In this document: positions 27,001 to 42,000 of the stretch, piece after piece
Layout of the letters: the number at the start of each line of letters is the position of its first letter
Numbering within the stretch: position 1 is the stretch's first letter
DNA from: Thalia democratica
Lineage: Eukaryota
NCBI GenBank assembly: GCA_965202585.1
Contig: OZ241829.1
Span: 52,886,001-52,950,000 of the forward strand
Length of the DNA stretch: 64,000 bases
Reading direction: 5' to 3'
Program-made: the position numbers and the translations under genes
Notes under the pieces: model-generated
Told to the model about the DNA's origin: nothing
Databases searched by the model: none
The model's input: only the letters and a program-made list of their open reading frames with translations

Positions 27001-30000
27001 AAGTAAACAACTACTTTTTAGCTCGTTTCTTTTGTTTAGAGATTTAGATATTTTTAATTTTAGATCTTATATCTTTTCTGTGCTACATAATTTGCGCCTC
27101 TTTTTTAGACTGTATTTTTTTAGTTTGTACTAATGTTTCCAAAATAGTTTTAAATTTGGTTTTATTGTTTTTAAGCATCCACATGTAAAGTTGTAGCATT
27201 GTCGTGATTTTAATTTTTGAAACTGTATTTGTGTTTTTGTAGCGATTTCTGAATGACAGTCTGGTCGTGCCAATATAAGAATTTGTATCATTTCATATTT
27301 TACGGTAGCCTTGTAAATTAAGTTTACTGCTAAGCAGTTGCTATCAGATTATGGTTTTTTGCATATCTGAAAGTATACGATTGTGTGTCATTATTAATTA
27401 CTACATGTTTTGCATACAGAAATAAGACAGTTATAGTGTATTCCTTTTGAAAATTTTACTGTATGAATGGTCTTCAGTAAATTTTTATCTTTAATCTCTA
27501 GAAAGCATCTCCCAACCCGGTACGCTACGCTTTTACAGAAATGAGCGTTGTTAAGAGAAATGGGGGGTAAAACACTTTTTCCGAAATTTAGTCTTGTTTT
27601 TTACATATTTTATTATGCTACCAGTTATTTTTTACCGCTTGTTGAATTTCGAAGTCATTTAAAAATAAAAGCGATCAAAGTTAGAGGGTTCAATAGGTTC
27701 TTTATAGTAGGTAAAAACTAAAAAGGCGAAATTAGACTATTTCACTAAAAATCTATCTCCACCTTCAGGTTTTTAGCAATTGTTTTAAAAGTTTCTCAGA
27801 GTAATTTTTATTAAGTTTTGAACTACTTGTGAGAATAAGATTTTTGAGTTTTAGTTAAGAAATATTTTTATAAAATCGTGTAAGTTTTAGTTATTATATT
27901 TTTTTAAATTGTTTTTTCAAAAATCTGCTTCCTACAAGTATTGTTATACCAAAAATAAATTTCTTGAAAATTTTGAATAAATTGTTTTAAAAATGAAGAA
28001 GAAGGTAGATTTTTAGTGAATTTTTCTAAGTCCCGAAAAAATTGGTCTTACAATTTTTTGATTTCATATGGTTGTATCGGATTTTTTATAGAAAACTGGA
28101 TATATCTGAAATGTTAATTAAATTTTTTCGTGTTCTATAAAAAGTATCTTATAGTATAACTGTAAGCTTTCAAATAAGAGCCAATATTAGTTTTTGTAAA
28201 GAAATGTTGGACTACTCCTATGCCCTCAATCTTATTTAAATTAGTTTTAGCTAGTGATCTACCGAATTCGGTTCCGGATCTACTATTTCAAATTAAGATC
28301 CGATCGGATCCGGATCTATTTTTAATTTAAGATCCGACCGGATCCTAAATGTTTTAAGTTTAATGTAGTTTAATAGAGAACAAACTTATAAAATTTAATT
28401 TTTATACTACCATTAGTTAGTAAAAATTGTTTAATACAAATGTTTTGTTAAAAAAACACAATATTATTGTCTAAATACTTTATTTGAACACTAGGAAAAA
28501 GAACGTTGTAAAAAAAAACAAAAAATCTACTAATAAAAAATCTCAAAACCAGTTTAAATGTTAAATTTAAAGCTACTTATACGACTAAACTTGAATTTTG
28601 TACCTTGTATGAAGTAAAAAAATAGATTAAATTTTACATGGTTTTAAAAAATAACGAACTTTATTAATTTTTTTATGATAAGCTTTTCATTATACTTTTA
28701 TTTATTAAAGTTTGAACTATAAGATGAACAATAACGTCTTTAGCAACTGTTTACATATATAAAAGTAAGCAATTTAGTAAATAACGTTTACCCATATCAA
28801 CGCCATTAAGCTACAAAGAAATATATTCTTATTTTTTTAAGTTGTGATGAAGAAGTAAAAGTTTTTCGCTGGTTTTTAAAAACAATTAATTTCACTTTTG
28901 TTCGTACAAGTTACCAGCTTGTGAAAATAACCTTTCAGAATAAACAAAAGATGGTGGTGCCGAAAGATACTTTCTTGCAAACCTGGAAAGATGTATGTAT
29001 TTTTTCTTGTTTGAGTTCCATCAAGACAAGACTTCAGCTTCTTTTACTTCTTCAGGAGATACATTTTCTTTTGCCAAAACACATTTCTGTCTCCATATCT
29101 TGATCAACTGAAACTGAATCTTGTTGCTCACTTTTGTGAGTGTTTGCACTTCTTTCCGATATAAATGTAGAATAGAACGACATAAAAAAAGATTGTGAAC
29201 ATAATTTTCAGGTAGTTAAGCTTTAAGTTTATTAGGTGGTACTAGACAAGCTTGTCCACTTTGACCAGTCTCACAAAAATTACTTCTGATTTCAGTAGCC
29301 TCACAACCTTCTGTTTGAGATTAGAAGGGAAAAAGTCAAGTTGATACCGTGGATCAACAGCTGTTGTGAGAAAAAATAATTCGTTGTCATGAAGGTTTAT
29401 TCCTGTGCTGTTATTAATAGTATAAAACCTTCTTTCGAAAGCCTTTTCTATACTTTTTGCCAAGGTTTCTAAGGTTGTAGAACTACTTTGACCTGGTGGA
29501 CTATTAGCTTTATGATTAAAAAATTTTTTAGTACTGCAGCATGCGGGATTACACTTGACACCAATGCGTTGTTTTTACTACACTGCTGCGTTACTATGTA
29601 AAAAGGTTAGTGCAGTTGATAAAGGAGGTTAACAAGTATCGATTCATCAGCTGTAAGAACATTTTTGGGTTTAAATTTGTTGTTAGCCACTTAGTTCTGG
29701 ACACTTGTTTTTAGTTTTTCAAGTCTTTTCAGCATAAGGTAGCTTGAGTTCTACCTTGTTTCAACATCTTGCACAAGTAGAAAGGCTTTTTGCATTGACA
29801 CTGATGAACCTGAAGTGACCTGGATTTTTTTTAGTTTCTTGACGCTGTAGAAGAATCTAATCTTAAAGAAACTTTTTAACAGTTCGCTATTTTAATTCTA
29901 ATGGATGTATTTACCTGTATGTTTATAACAGATGATTGAATTAACAGGGTTGCCACTTTACATGGAATCCCAAAAAAACATGGAGTTTGACAATTTAGGC

Positions 30001-33000
30001 AAAACAACCTCGAATTTGGTAAATTTTGAAAAAAAACCTGGAAAAACCTGGAACTTTGAAGAAAAATCACTAAAAAAGCTGGAGTTTTAACAATTTTCAC
30101 ATGTTCAGTAGTAAAATTTCAATTTGACTCAAAAAATATATCATATATATAATAATTTTTTGTCATCATCAAAAAAAAAACATCAAAAGTATCTTTTCAA
30201 TGTTTTTATACTATTTAAACAGTTTTTTACCTAAAACTTAACTTTGTACTAAAAATAGACCCAAAAATGTGTACTTTTAAAAACCTGGAAGACAATTGGA
30301 AAACCTGGAAAAAAATCTGAAAAAACGAGAGGCAACCCTGAATTAACTAAACTTTAATCAGACTATAATCCTCTGCTGTTACAGTTGGGTCTGATAACAC
30401 ATCGTGTTGATCAAGAACTGCATCAAGCTCGGGATTACCTTTATGAGTTTGCCTACTAGTACCTGATGCATTCTCGGCCGGTTGGGCACGCGTAGCGTGC
30501 TTATTAACTAGCTTTGTAAGGCTATTGGCCGAGAGCGCCTTGGGTTTTTTACTGGTAGTACTCATAGCTTACTATAAATAGAATAACTTATTTGTGACCA
30601 ACTAGATTGTATCTACGTTTAACTAGTTGTCTTGAGATATTTTTAATGAAACGTTTTATACAACTTTTAATATTAACTATCGTACTTATTTAACTTAGTC
30701 TACGAAGATTCTAATATTTACTTAATATATAATCTTAAATTAGACTATAAAGTAAATCCTTAATTTAATCTTAGTGATTTCAACGTATACTTCGCTATAT
30801 AGTTTTAATAGAGAACCAAAAAACGATACATTAATTAGATTAATATTACACTTACTTGATTACTTTTTACTCTTAATACTAAAAGTATAGATTCGGCACT
30901 CTAAATTTATTTTACAATGTTTAAGAACAAGCGATAAAAAATAACACTCACACACATGCAAGTCAGAGCTCGATGGTTTGTTTGCAAGGCAACTTTTATT
31001 AAATGTATAAGCCTTTGTTTAGTCCTCAGCTATTCTTACTTAAGTCAGAGTCAAGCTAGGACTTGAGGCGTATGAAACGTCTAAAAGTTCGCTTTAATTG
31101 AACTACAATAGAAGTTTCTACTAGGAAAACGGTTGTTAAAAAAACAACGAGCTGAAAATCAATACAGGTCGAAATATACACTTGCTTCCGTTTTTCGGCG
31201 ATTCTTACAGGAATATAATTCACTGTAGAAGTGTAGAGCTCAAAAAACGGTTGTAGCGAACTACGTAAGCTGGAAAGTGTAATGAACTACGTTTGCTTTA
31301 GTTTTTCGGCTATTCTTACAGGAAAATAATTCACTGAAGAAGTGTTAAGCTCGAAAAGCGGTTGTAGCGATCAACGAAAGCTGGGAAGTAAAATGAATTA
31401 CACTTGCTTTCGTTTCTCAGCGATGTTTATTGAAGTCAAAGGACTACAAAATAAAGTGCAATGCTGAGCAATAGTCGCTAAAAAACAACGAAAGCTGAAT
31501 GTATATATTCGCTAAAATACAACTTAAGTGATATTAAATGTGATTCTAACAAAAAATAATGAAAGCTAGTTCACTAAGAATCTAAAAAATGCCTGCTAAA
31601 AACAAAAGAGCGTTTGCTTTGATTGTAGCGTATTATAACTATGCTTGCCAACAATGTTAGCTAGCCGAAACAAAAGCGATAACGAATGACCCTGTATAAC
31701 CCTCACCTCTTACAATATCTTCTCTTATCTTAATTGGCTCAGGGTTTATAGTTGGTTTGTGATAACCAGCGTCCATACCTTCCTCAGCATCAGTAACTAA
31801 CCTCGAGCGGTTGTATACTGACACAGGTATGGATTTCTTGCTGCTAGTGCTCATACTCAAATTAGTGCTACTAATCGTGTTAGTGAGAGTATGTTACAAT
31901 TAAACGTATTCTACAGAAGGTCTAATATAATCTAGCCTATAAATAAATGCTAGATATATAAGTTAAGATTAACTAGGTTAAATTCTAGTTAGTAAATGAA
32001 TATGAATTAACACTCAACGTTTATTGTACAATGTAAAATTCTACGATCTTGGAAAAGAAACTAAATGACTCGCTAAATGAGAATTAAGAATATTAGCAAG
32101 AGTATGAATCAATGCCCAATAACAAAATAATGCTTAGTAAACGACTCAAAAGTACGTCTTAAACATAATCAAAATAGTGCTCGAAAAATAAACACATACG
32201 CCTACCCCTACGAGAACATAAATTAATGCCAACTAATATTAATGCTAACGCAACCACGTTACGGCCATCACGACTACAACGACTCAACTACCACGCTTGA
32301 TCTCTCTCGCGGTGATTTTTATACCGTTTTCGCGTTTTTTTTGCGTTTTTTATACTCTCTTCAGAACAATATGTGCAGCTATCGTTACACCTGCAAATGC
32401 AACTCGCTTTAAACAAAAAGCTGCGACGCTTAACTACGACAGAAGTTTTAACATTTTACTCAAGAATATTTAAAAACTGTAAAAAAGTCTCCCCTTTTGA
32501 GCCGCGCTCGCTTTATATAGTGTTAAGCTACAGTAAAAAGCTCCTTTCTTTTTTTCAAGTCTCTCGAAACTAGTGATGTACCGGACTCACTATCCGGGTC
32601 CGGATCCGGCCGGATATTGCCATTTTTGTCTGATATCCGGATCCGGCCGGATTCTAATTTGAAAAAAAAGTCCGGATCCGGTTCCGGCCGGATTCTAATT
32701 TGAAAAAAAAGTCCGGGTCCGGTTCCGGCCGGATTCTAATTTGAAAAAAAAGTCCGGATCCGGGTCCGGCCGGATCCTAACAGAGATCCGGCCGGACCCG
32801 GATCTAGTTAGTAAAAAAGAGCATACTGAAAAGTATTTTTCAAAAACAAACCCTGTGTAAATTAATAAGAGTTATTTTCGTCAGTTAAAATTAAACACCT
32901 ACCGTGATTGGCTCATTTTCTAAACGTGACTAATTTACATTTGTTTACATTTAAACTATGAAATAAACATTTCATGAAATGCAACTCTTTACATATGTTA

Positions 33001-36000
33001 TAAAATTGAAAACTTTGGAATACTTGCATTATTTATTGTTAGTTAAGTTAAGTATAAGTTGAGCTCAGAGAATATTTAGAGTTAATACGGTTGAATGTAC
33101 GAGCCAATGAGAATCATATGACGAAATGTTTCAAACTAAATACTGATGCAACAAAACATCAGAACATGACAGGCAGTTTATATGTAAGCAGATAGTTAGT
33201 TTGGCGTGTAGCTTGAAGCAAGAAAATATCTTGAACGTTTTTTTGAATGCTTATTGTAAGTAGTGTTTTGTTTTAAAAAAGAATATTTCAACAGGTGTTT
33301 AATTGTTTAAATATTTAATCCAGGTTTATAGTTTAATAGTTTATTAAAAATTTTACAGTTTCTTGTTTACGAATAGTTTTATTTAATTTTTATTTTTTTG
33401 TTTTAAGTCTTTTGATATAGATTTAAATAGCTTCCAGTTTTTAAAGTGTTACCAAAGTAATTAATAATTTTCTTTATGCTAGTATTTCTTGTTGTGTTTT
33501 ATATAAAAGATTCATCACTCAAAACTGTCGTGTCTGATTATAGAAAGTAGTCTCAGTTAGAATTTAGTGTTTGTTAGATATTAATTAGATAAGGTAAGAT
33601 TTAACTATGATGGGTAGTATAATAAGTTAAGTGTACCACAATCAGTCCACAACTTTGCTACCAAATTGTCAACCTTTGCTAGCTGTTCTACTGATTATTA
33701 GATTAAAGTAATTTTTTCAGTTTTTAAAAACCTCATTCTTACTCAGGCTTGTTTATACCCACTCTAGCTAGTTTTATTGACTTAAACAGTGGCAACCCTA
33801 CTAGTTTAAAAATTTTTGGGAATTTTAGAAAATCTTGGACTGCCTCAGGCTAGTTTAGTTTTATATAAAAACTCAGGCTAGTTTTCTTTTAGATTTTGAA
33901 TAAGTTTGAGCTGATCCAGTTTTAATATTTTGTAATTTTCTAGTGTATTTTGTTCAAGAACTTGATTTCAGATTTTTAATTGTAAATAACACCTAAATTT
34001 GTAAACTTTGGGGCTAGCTGTTCTACTTATTATTAGATTAAAGTTCTTTTTTTTTCAGTTTCTAAAAACCTCATTCTGACTCAGGCTAGTTTATTCTAGT
34101 AATGCACCGCACTCACTATCCGGGTCCGGCCGGATATTGCCATTTTTGTCTGATATCCGGATCCGGCCGGATTCTAATTTGAAAAAAAAGTCCGGATCCG
34201 GTTCCGGCCGGACTCTAATTTGAAAAAAAAGTCCGGATCCGGTTCCGGCCGGATTCTAGTTTGAAAAAAAAGTCCGGATCCGGTTCCGGCCGGATTCTAG
34301 TTTGAAAAAAAAGTCCGGATCCGGGTCCGGCCGGATTCTAATTTGAAAAAAAAGTCCGGATCCGGGTCCGGCCGGACCCGAAATTGTGGGTCCGGTACAT
34401 CACTACAGTCGAAACAAGCAGGTAATGCTTACAAGACTAATTTTATATATGTTAAGTATAAAACACAATAATCTAAGTATATAAAACTAAAGGAAGCTGA
34501 TGGCGGAAAACAAAATTTTTCCAAACTAACTAGATCCGGATCTTTTAAAAAAAGTTTAGGATCTGGCCGAATCCGGATCTTGGATCCGGTTCATCTATAG
34601 TTTTACCAAGCTTACTGATGAAAGTTTTTGCAGTAATAAATTTTCTACAGCTTAGTTTGTTAGAGAAGTCTGGTTTGTGATCTTCTAAAGCAGAGTTTTT
34701 AATTCCAAATGAATGCAAACTTTTTTATTCTTTGTAAAACCAAAGAAAACACGAGGCTTATCTAATAAGCTAAGTCAAGAGCTGTCTTGTACTAAGATCG
34801 TTTTCGAACTTTACTTGGATGGGAGCATTTAAAAAATATCTGTTAAAAACCAGAAAAAAAAGTACAATAACTATAATTACAGGTACTATTAATTTAATAA
34901 AAAATTTTTTACCTTAAATTTATTTCTATACTACAAATGGACCAAAAGACTTGTTTTTTAAATCCTGGAAGAAATTCAGAAAACCTGGAAGATATTAACA
35001 AAAAACTTTTGGTAACCCTGATTGTTTGTGTATTGTATGGTAACGCTAAAATGAGTTTTTATGTATTTTTTTATTTTATTATTTTACTACTATATGTTTT
35101 TAATTATTTCATAAGTTTATACTATAACATAACCTTTTAGTTTTATAACTTTCTTCTTTGAGTGCTTTTTGATGTTTTTTTGATTCCGTAGAACTGTACT
35201 AAAATGCACAGAGAATGTTAAAAGTTTAATAAAATAAGTACTTAAATTCACTATTATATTCCAAAAAATTTTTGGTATGTTTTAATTAATAAATTTGATA
35301 TATGTATATATTTATCTTTTTTTAATTACAGTTTTACATCTAAGAAGGAAATATCAGATGAAAACAACTTAAATAAAGTACCTACTATAAACAATAATCA
35401 CCGAACTTTGAAAAAAATTTCAAATAATCAACCAACTGACAAAAAAGAATTAGCTCCGAGATACCTCTACTCTAGAGGTTAGGTTTATAGAGTGTTATTT
35501 CTACATAAATAAGTTTTGACAGTATCTTCGCCAAGGGTACGCGTGATGACATCATTAGGGCGCGGAGAAACTTCACCTACCAAAAATGTTATTATTCTTA
35601 GTTTCCATAATTGAAATTTTTTAGTAGTTTACTAAAATTGCAAAAACATTTAAGTATAAGAGACAAACTATATTGAATGTAGTTTATGTTTCTCTGATTT
35701 TTTAAAACTTCATTACGTGTCGCCTCTAGTTGCCACATGATCCTTGAATAAAAAATTATTTAAAAATTATAAGACTGTGCTTAGCAAAAGCGATTATTAA
35801 ATACTTAGTATCATGCATTTAACATTTTGAATAACACACGTAAGCTCAGCTAATGTATCAGCTAGACACTATAAATAAGGTTTGGTACAAGTTTTCATAA
35901 TTACTCTTGGAAGTAGAATATTACTTAAAGTTGTGTTGCTTTTTTATGCATTAATTAACATTAAACAAGAGCAGTAACGGTTTCTACTTGAATATCTGGA

Positions 36001-39000
36001 ATTACTAAATATTATTTTAGAAATAAAACTGTTTTAAAGTTATTTAATTTTCTATGTTTTAAGTATAAATTTAGATATTCAGGGAAGTTATTATATTAAT
36101 AACTCTGGAATTATGTCAAAAGTCTTTGAATGAATATCTAAAGTTTAAACATAAAAAAATTCTGTTTTTTGAAAGTTTTAAAGCGGTTTTGTATGTCATA
36201 CAGTTTTTTATTTAGAATTCAAGAAAATAATGCTTAGATAATAAATATATATCTTAAGTAAATTAATTTGTTTTAAATATAGATAGTTAGCTAACTAAAA
36301 TTCATAGCTATATAAAATTTGTTTCAGCGTATACTTTCTTGTTAATTCTAGTCTTACTACAAGTTTTCATTCTGATTATAAACTTTACAAGTATTAGTAT
36401 CTTATAAGTCTATACCTATAACTTTAGCTAAGTAAGTCGGAACTCTGTTATACTTTCTATTAGATTCAACCCGCATATCCCGTGAACTCTCTGCATTGAG
36501 AAAACACTTAGTTGAAGAGCAAAAAAGAATTGAAAATCAACTAAAAACTGAAGACAGCGATCTTACATTGTTTGTTTCTTCTAGTCATATTATAATTAAA
36601 CTAATATGCATTTTAGATTTAAAAACATTTACTTTTTATTGTCACAAAGTTTTGAAAGATAAAGCGTAAGTAGAAAAAAAATTTATAACTGGAAGGTGTT
36701 TACGAGAGCTAAGATACCTAAAACTATTTTATTGATATACTTGAATCCTGTCCTTAATAGTAAAATAGAAATTAAATCCAAGGTTAAATAGTTACTATGT
36801 ACTTAGTGGTTTACTCGTTAATAAAATCCGTATCAATTTCCATCCATATGAATTACAGTAATAACTTATTATAAATACAATATATTTTAATCATATACAG
36901 TGTTAGATTACAAAAGTTAGCTGATAACTTTCAATTGCAGCACTATAATAAGAGTGTATATCGGTTATGTATTACAACTTAAAACAATAACTTTTGTTTA
37001 AAACGATTTATGTTAGGAATAGTTTAAAAAAGATTATTAAAAACAAAGGTAAAAGAAAAACAACTAACTTTTATGAAATTTTTTAAGTACTAAAAATTAA
37101 AACTAGTTTCATAGTAATAATATTTTAAGTAAAGTTATATTATAGTAATATTTTGTTTAAAATTATGTTGTAATTCTAATTAAATAAAATAGTTATAAAC
37201 AATCTTAGAATTGTATTAAAAAGACTTTTGAAATGTTTTAAATGCCTAAAATTTTTACAATTATTGTGAATGTAAAGTAACAAGACAAATACCATGTTTA
37301 ATTTTAAGTTTTATTACATAAGTTCTATAGATTTTTTACTGTGCTATAGTTGAAGCTTCGTTTGTATGTTAGTAATGTGTATGATTAGTACATAATATGA
37401 TTATTATTATTTGTTAACTTGTTTACTTAAACTTATTTAACACTACTTATGATTAAAAACATAAAAAGAGCTTTCTTAGTTTTAAATGAAAACACTTAAA
37501 AAATTTCTTTTGTTTATTACAATATTATTAATTGTTATGAAAAAGAGATAATTATAGAAAATATACAAAATAGTTTTAACTTTATTCAATTCCTCGTTAA
37601 ACATATTAAAGTTGTTAGTATATAAATAAGAATTTTTTAGCATAATTGTTAATGTTGTAACAACGAAGTATTTCTTTCTATGTGCTTTATTTTAAGAATT
37701 AAGACAACATAACCATAACTAGTTTTAAAGGGCTTTAAGGTCTACCTTTTTATTTTACAAATTGATCTTATTTTGTACAGTTTTATTTGAGCTACCAGAT
37801 ATTTTTAACGGCTAAAAAATTTCAAGGTAACTTTTGAGATATAAGCAATTAAAGTCGGTGTGCTCATTTAGTTACAAGAAGGCGAAAAACCAAAAACGCG
37901 AAAAAAAATATTTACTATTTTTTTTCTGCAAAATCTACGCCCTTAATTGAATTTTTACAAGCTGTAAAATTTTTTCTTAAAAATAGGTAGACTAACAACT
38001 TACCTTTCATTATTATAATTTAAATTTTGGAGAATGTACACATTTTATGTGCTTTTTTTTTGAATTTGCGGAATAATGTTATTATGAACTTGGTATCAAT
38101 ATTCAAACTAATAGAAACCGCAGAATATTTCTAATGTGGTATAAAGCGGGTTTAAGTAGATAAGCACTGAAGCGACCGTTTATGGGTAAAAAAAACCCTA
38201 TATCTACTTTAACTCCTTTTATATTACAGTAACTTATTCCATGTTTACAGTGATGGTCCGCGTAATGTTTTTAATTGTAGACTTTTTATAGATTTGAAAA
38301 GTTTTTTAAGCCAGTATAAACATGTTGATACACTAACTTATAAGCTTTTGTATAAAATATGTGTAATGTATTTTGTAGTAACTTTCGTGGTATTTGTAAT
38401 TTATATATAATTAAAATTTATTGCTTACATTTCTTCACACACTTTTAGAATTTTGGTTCGTTGATGTTTGTATGTTTTTGTTAAAAATAGATTTATAGTT
38501 TATATATTAATTTTTATCACTTACACTAAAATAGTTTTTACCTAATGTAGGTTATTATCATTAAATTATACTGTTGTTCTTGAATAAAACCTTTAACTAA
38601 AATATTGTTATGTGTTATACTACTCAATCAACAGCTTCAAGGATTTTATAGCTAACTATTTTACTGCTTTTATTTCTCAGAGAAAGGTGCTAATTTTAGA
38701 TCACAGTTTCACATCAATAATGATTTTACCTAATTTACAAATAAAGTAATCTATTTGTAATAAAAATTTAAACATGACTGATATTTAGAATTTTTTTATA
38801 GAAACTCTCATATAGTAGACTTGTCAAATCTGAAACAAAAACCGGTACAAGTCCAAAGGCTACCAAAACCACCAGTTGTTTTTAATAAAATACAAGATAA
38901 TATGCTGGCAGATGAGACTGCACTGCACGAGTTCAATAATTACAAGTATAAAAATGGTGAAGGAAAAGAAGCAATTAAAATTTTGAAAACCAAATTTCCA

Positions 39001-42000
39001 GAGCAGCCTGTTGATGCTGAAACATTAGAGAGACAGCAGCAGGAACTTATTGCAAATCAAATCAGAAATCTTGAAAATATTAGGTTTCATTTTAATTTAT
39101 TCATTTTCACACTGTGTAAACTTTTTTAGTATGATTTTTTTTTTTTGATTTAGAAAGTTTATAGAAGTGTTTAAATTTTCTAAATGATTAAAAAGTTTAA
39201 TGCATTTTTTGATAAACATTGTCAATTCATAGAAACTTAAATACACATAAAACTAGACTTTATAGTCAGGAGAATAATATTTTCGCGTACACGCTTTAAT
39301 AAATATAGCAGGAAGACCTTTAACCCGAAGTCATTGCTAACTTTATTTTTACTTTAAGGTATGTTTAAAGCAAACAAGCAGTTTACCTCGCAAAATATCA
39401 TTTTGCTGACAAAAAAGTAAACCCTCTCGCTTTTTTTGTTCAATTCAAAGCACAATATGTTTTTATCCTACAATAGCAAATAGATAAGAAATATAAAATT
39501 TAACTTTTTTATCAGAGTAGTCGCTTATATTTATTCTAACACGTTATTACTAATTTTAATGCCAATAAACTAATAATGTAATTTACTATTCAGGTTTGCC
39601 ACCAACTGAGGCTAACTCCATTATTGTTTTTATTAGTATTTAGTAAAAGTACTTTTTTGAAACTTAAGTTAAGTTGACATTTTTTTTTGAACTAAGGTTA
39701 GATTTTATTTTAATTTTAGTCAATCTTTTGCTAAAGTTAATGATTAAGTTTCTGAAATATATAAAATATTGTAGGTGATTTAGAGTAGTGATACTTTGCT
39801 TTTAGTCGAATATTCTACGTTGAAGCTAACACACTTATAATGCTCATTTATAACATTTTTTTATGTTGTACGTCTTAGGTTAATTCAATTTAACATGTTG
39901 CTTTTAACTACAACCGGTTATTTTTAGTTTGCTTTTTATATTATAGTCAAAAATAAGTTATAGTTATCTATTACAAACATGTTTTATAAGACATGTGTTG
40001 TTATATAAGGTTGACTAACAAACATGCTTACTCACGTAACCTAAAATTAAATATGTTTAAAAGTCTCCCTTATAGAGTTTGTCAAGTTTTTTTACACTGT
40101 AACACTACTGTGCACTCGCTAGAGAAAAAATAATAAGTATTTAGCTAATGTTGCTAAACAGTACTTAAGAATAATTGCAGCGAAAGCAGCGCGTATTCTA
40201 AGATTTTTTTAGTAAACGTAGTTAAGTGGGCTACCTAGCCTGGAATTTTAAAATATAAGCAAAAATCTTTAAATTTGATACTATAAAAAAAAAACTCTAA
40301 ACACAAATATTAAAAAAATACTTATTAATTTTTACGAGTAAAATAAAAAAAATAGATTAGATAAAAAATAAATATTTTTTACAATAATTTTAAAAAATAG
40401 TACTTTGATTTCTTACCTATACAACTCGTTAAAAGTAGCATTCCAGTATCTTTTCTTAATTTTTATACTACATAAAACATTTATTTTAGCCTAAATTAAA
40501 ATAAATACTACAAATCAGCGATTTTAAACCTAGGGGTAGATTTTTTTTATTACAAGTTTTATAAATTACTGTTTATTAATTGTCTTTTTAATTTATAAGT
40601 TAGTATTTAAGTGTAATTTTTTAAAAGTGGGTTTTAGCTACCTGTAAACAATGCTGGATAAAGTCCCGGAAAAAAGTTTATCAAAGTGACAACAAATGTG
40701 ATGATGAGACAAATGCACTTCTGATTTGTGGATTTTATAAACAAAATTTTGATAAGGCAGTTAATGCTTATCAATGTAGTTAAACTTAATCACTACGTCT
40801 TTGATTTTTTGAGTGGTTGGAAATAATCAGTATCACTGAAACATCCTACAATTCAATCAAAAGCTTCTATTGATAAACAAGCATACACCCAAATGAATAT
40901 AAAATGCCCTACACAAAATTATTGCGAAATCAACATTGTTACAGATACGGGTGCGCAGTCATGCCTATGGGAGCTTGATAGCTACCTGAAACATGGTTTT
41001 AGAAGTCATATCTCCTACCAGTCAAAAGAAATATAGTAGCGGCCAACAGAGAAGAAATAAAAATAACTGGGGCTATCTTTATGGAATTGATGGCTAAAGA
41101 TGAAAAAGGTAAATTTCATATAGCAAAAGAAATGATACATATCAGCCTAGTCACTAACAAGATTTTTCTTTCAAGAAATGCCTGCATAAAATTGGGTAAA
41201 ATAAGTCGTGATTTTTCTCGCATTGGTGCGTCCATTGAATCCTGTACTATCCGTGAAAAATTGAAAACTTGTGATTGTGTACCTAGAACTCCTCCTCCTG
41301 ATAGGTCAAAGGAATTTCCTTTTGCTTGCATTCCTGCAAACAATCAAAAGATGAGAGAGTGGCTTTCGAATAGGTACGCATCATTTACGTTTAATAAATG
41401 TACTCACCAATTGCTTCCAGAAATGACAGGTCCACTATTGAAAATTCATATTGAACTAGATGCCATTCCTAAAGCAATATCAACAGTTTTCCTAATTCTA
41501 AAACATTGGGAAAATGAGGTAAAAGAAACTTAGGATAAGGATACTCGATTAAATGTACTTGGTAAGACTACAGTTGGTGTTCCGTCTACTTCGGTACATC
41601 ATATGGTTGTGGTTGCTAAAGCTGATGGTAGCTGTAGAAGAATTGTTGACCTCTCACTTTTGATTAAGTATTGTGTACGAGAAACACTTGTAAAAGTGTG
41701 ACTGATGCATGGAATGGGTTTCATTCAGTACTACTTCGACCCGAAGATCATCATCTTACAACATTCCTTACTCCATGGGGAAGCTACTACAACAAAGAGG
41801 CACCACAAGATTATATAGCTATTAGAGATACATATACGCGCAGGTAAGATGTAATTATAATTGACATACCTAGAAAGACAAAATGTGTTGATGACACTGT
41901 TTTAAAGGATGAGAAGGTAGCTGATCATTGGTGGCGATATGATTGACCATTAGAGTTGATGGGGAAAAAATGGAGTTGTACTCAATCCCGAAAAATTCCA

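Larger units (their letters stand above)
28252..34599 (-). mobile_element. Internally deleted hAT transposon, copy 2, hosting nested insertions
   Basis: Termini TAGTGATCTACCG and CCGGTTCATCTATA; 8-bp TSD GTTTTAGC/GTTTTACC; minus-strand dimerisation motif [27 protein letters not shown] near 28900-28990; 28900-29870 matches 1770-2700. Confidence 0.8.

Noticed and set aside
31060-31090. CTTGAGGCGTATGAAACGTC in the LTR-like family as a hammerhead ribozyme
   Set aside because: CUGANGA is not conserved across copies, no stem I or II pairing is possible, and it is antisense to the ORF.
32640-34380. 41-bp tandem repeats as a CRISPR-like array
   Set aside because: The repeats are contiguous with no unique spacers, lie within hAT TIRs, and the DNA is eukaryotic.
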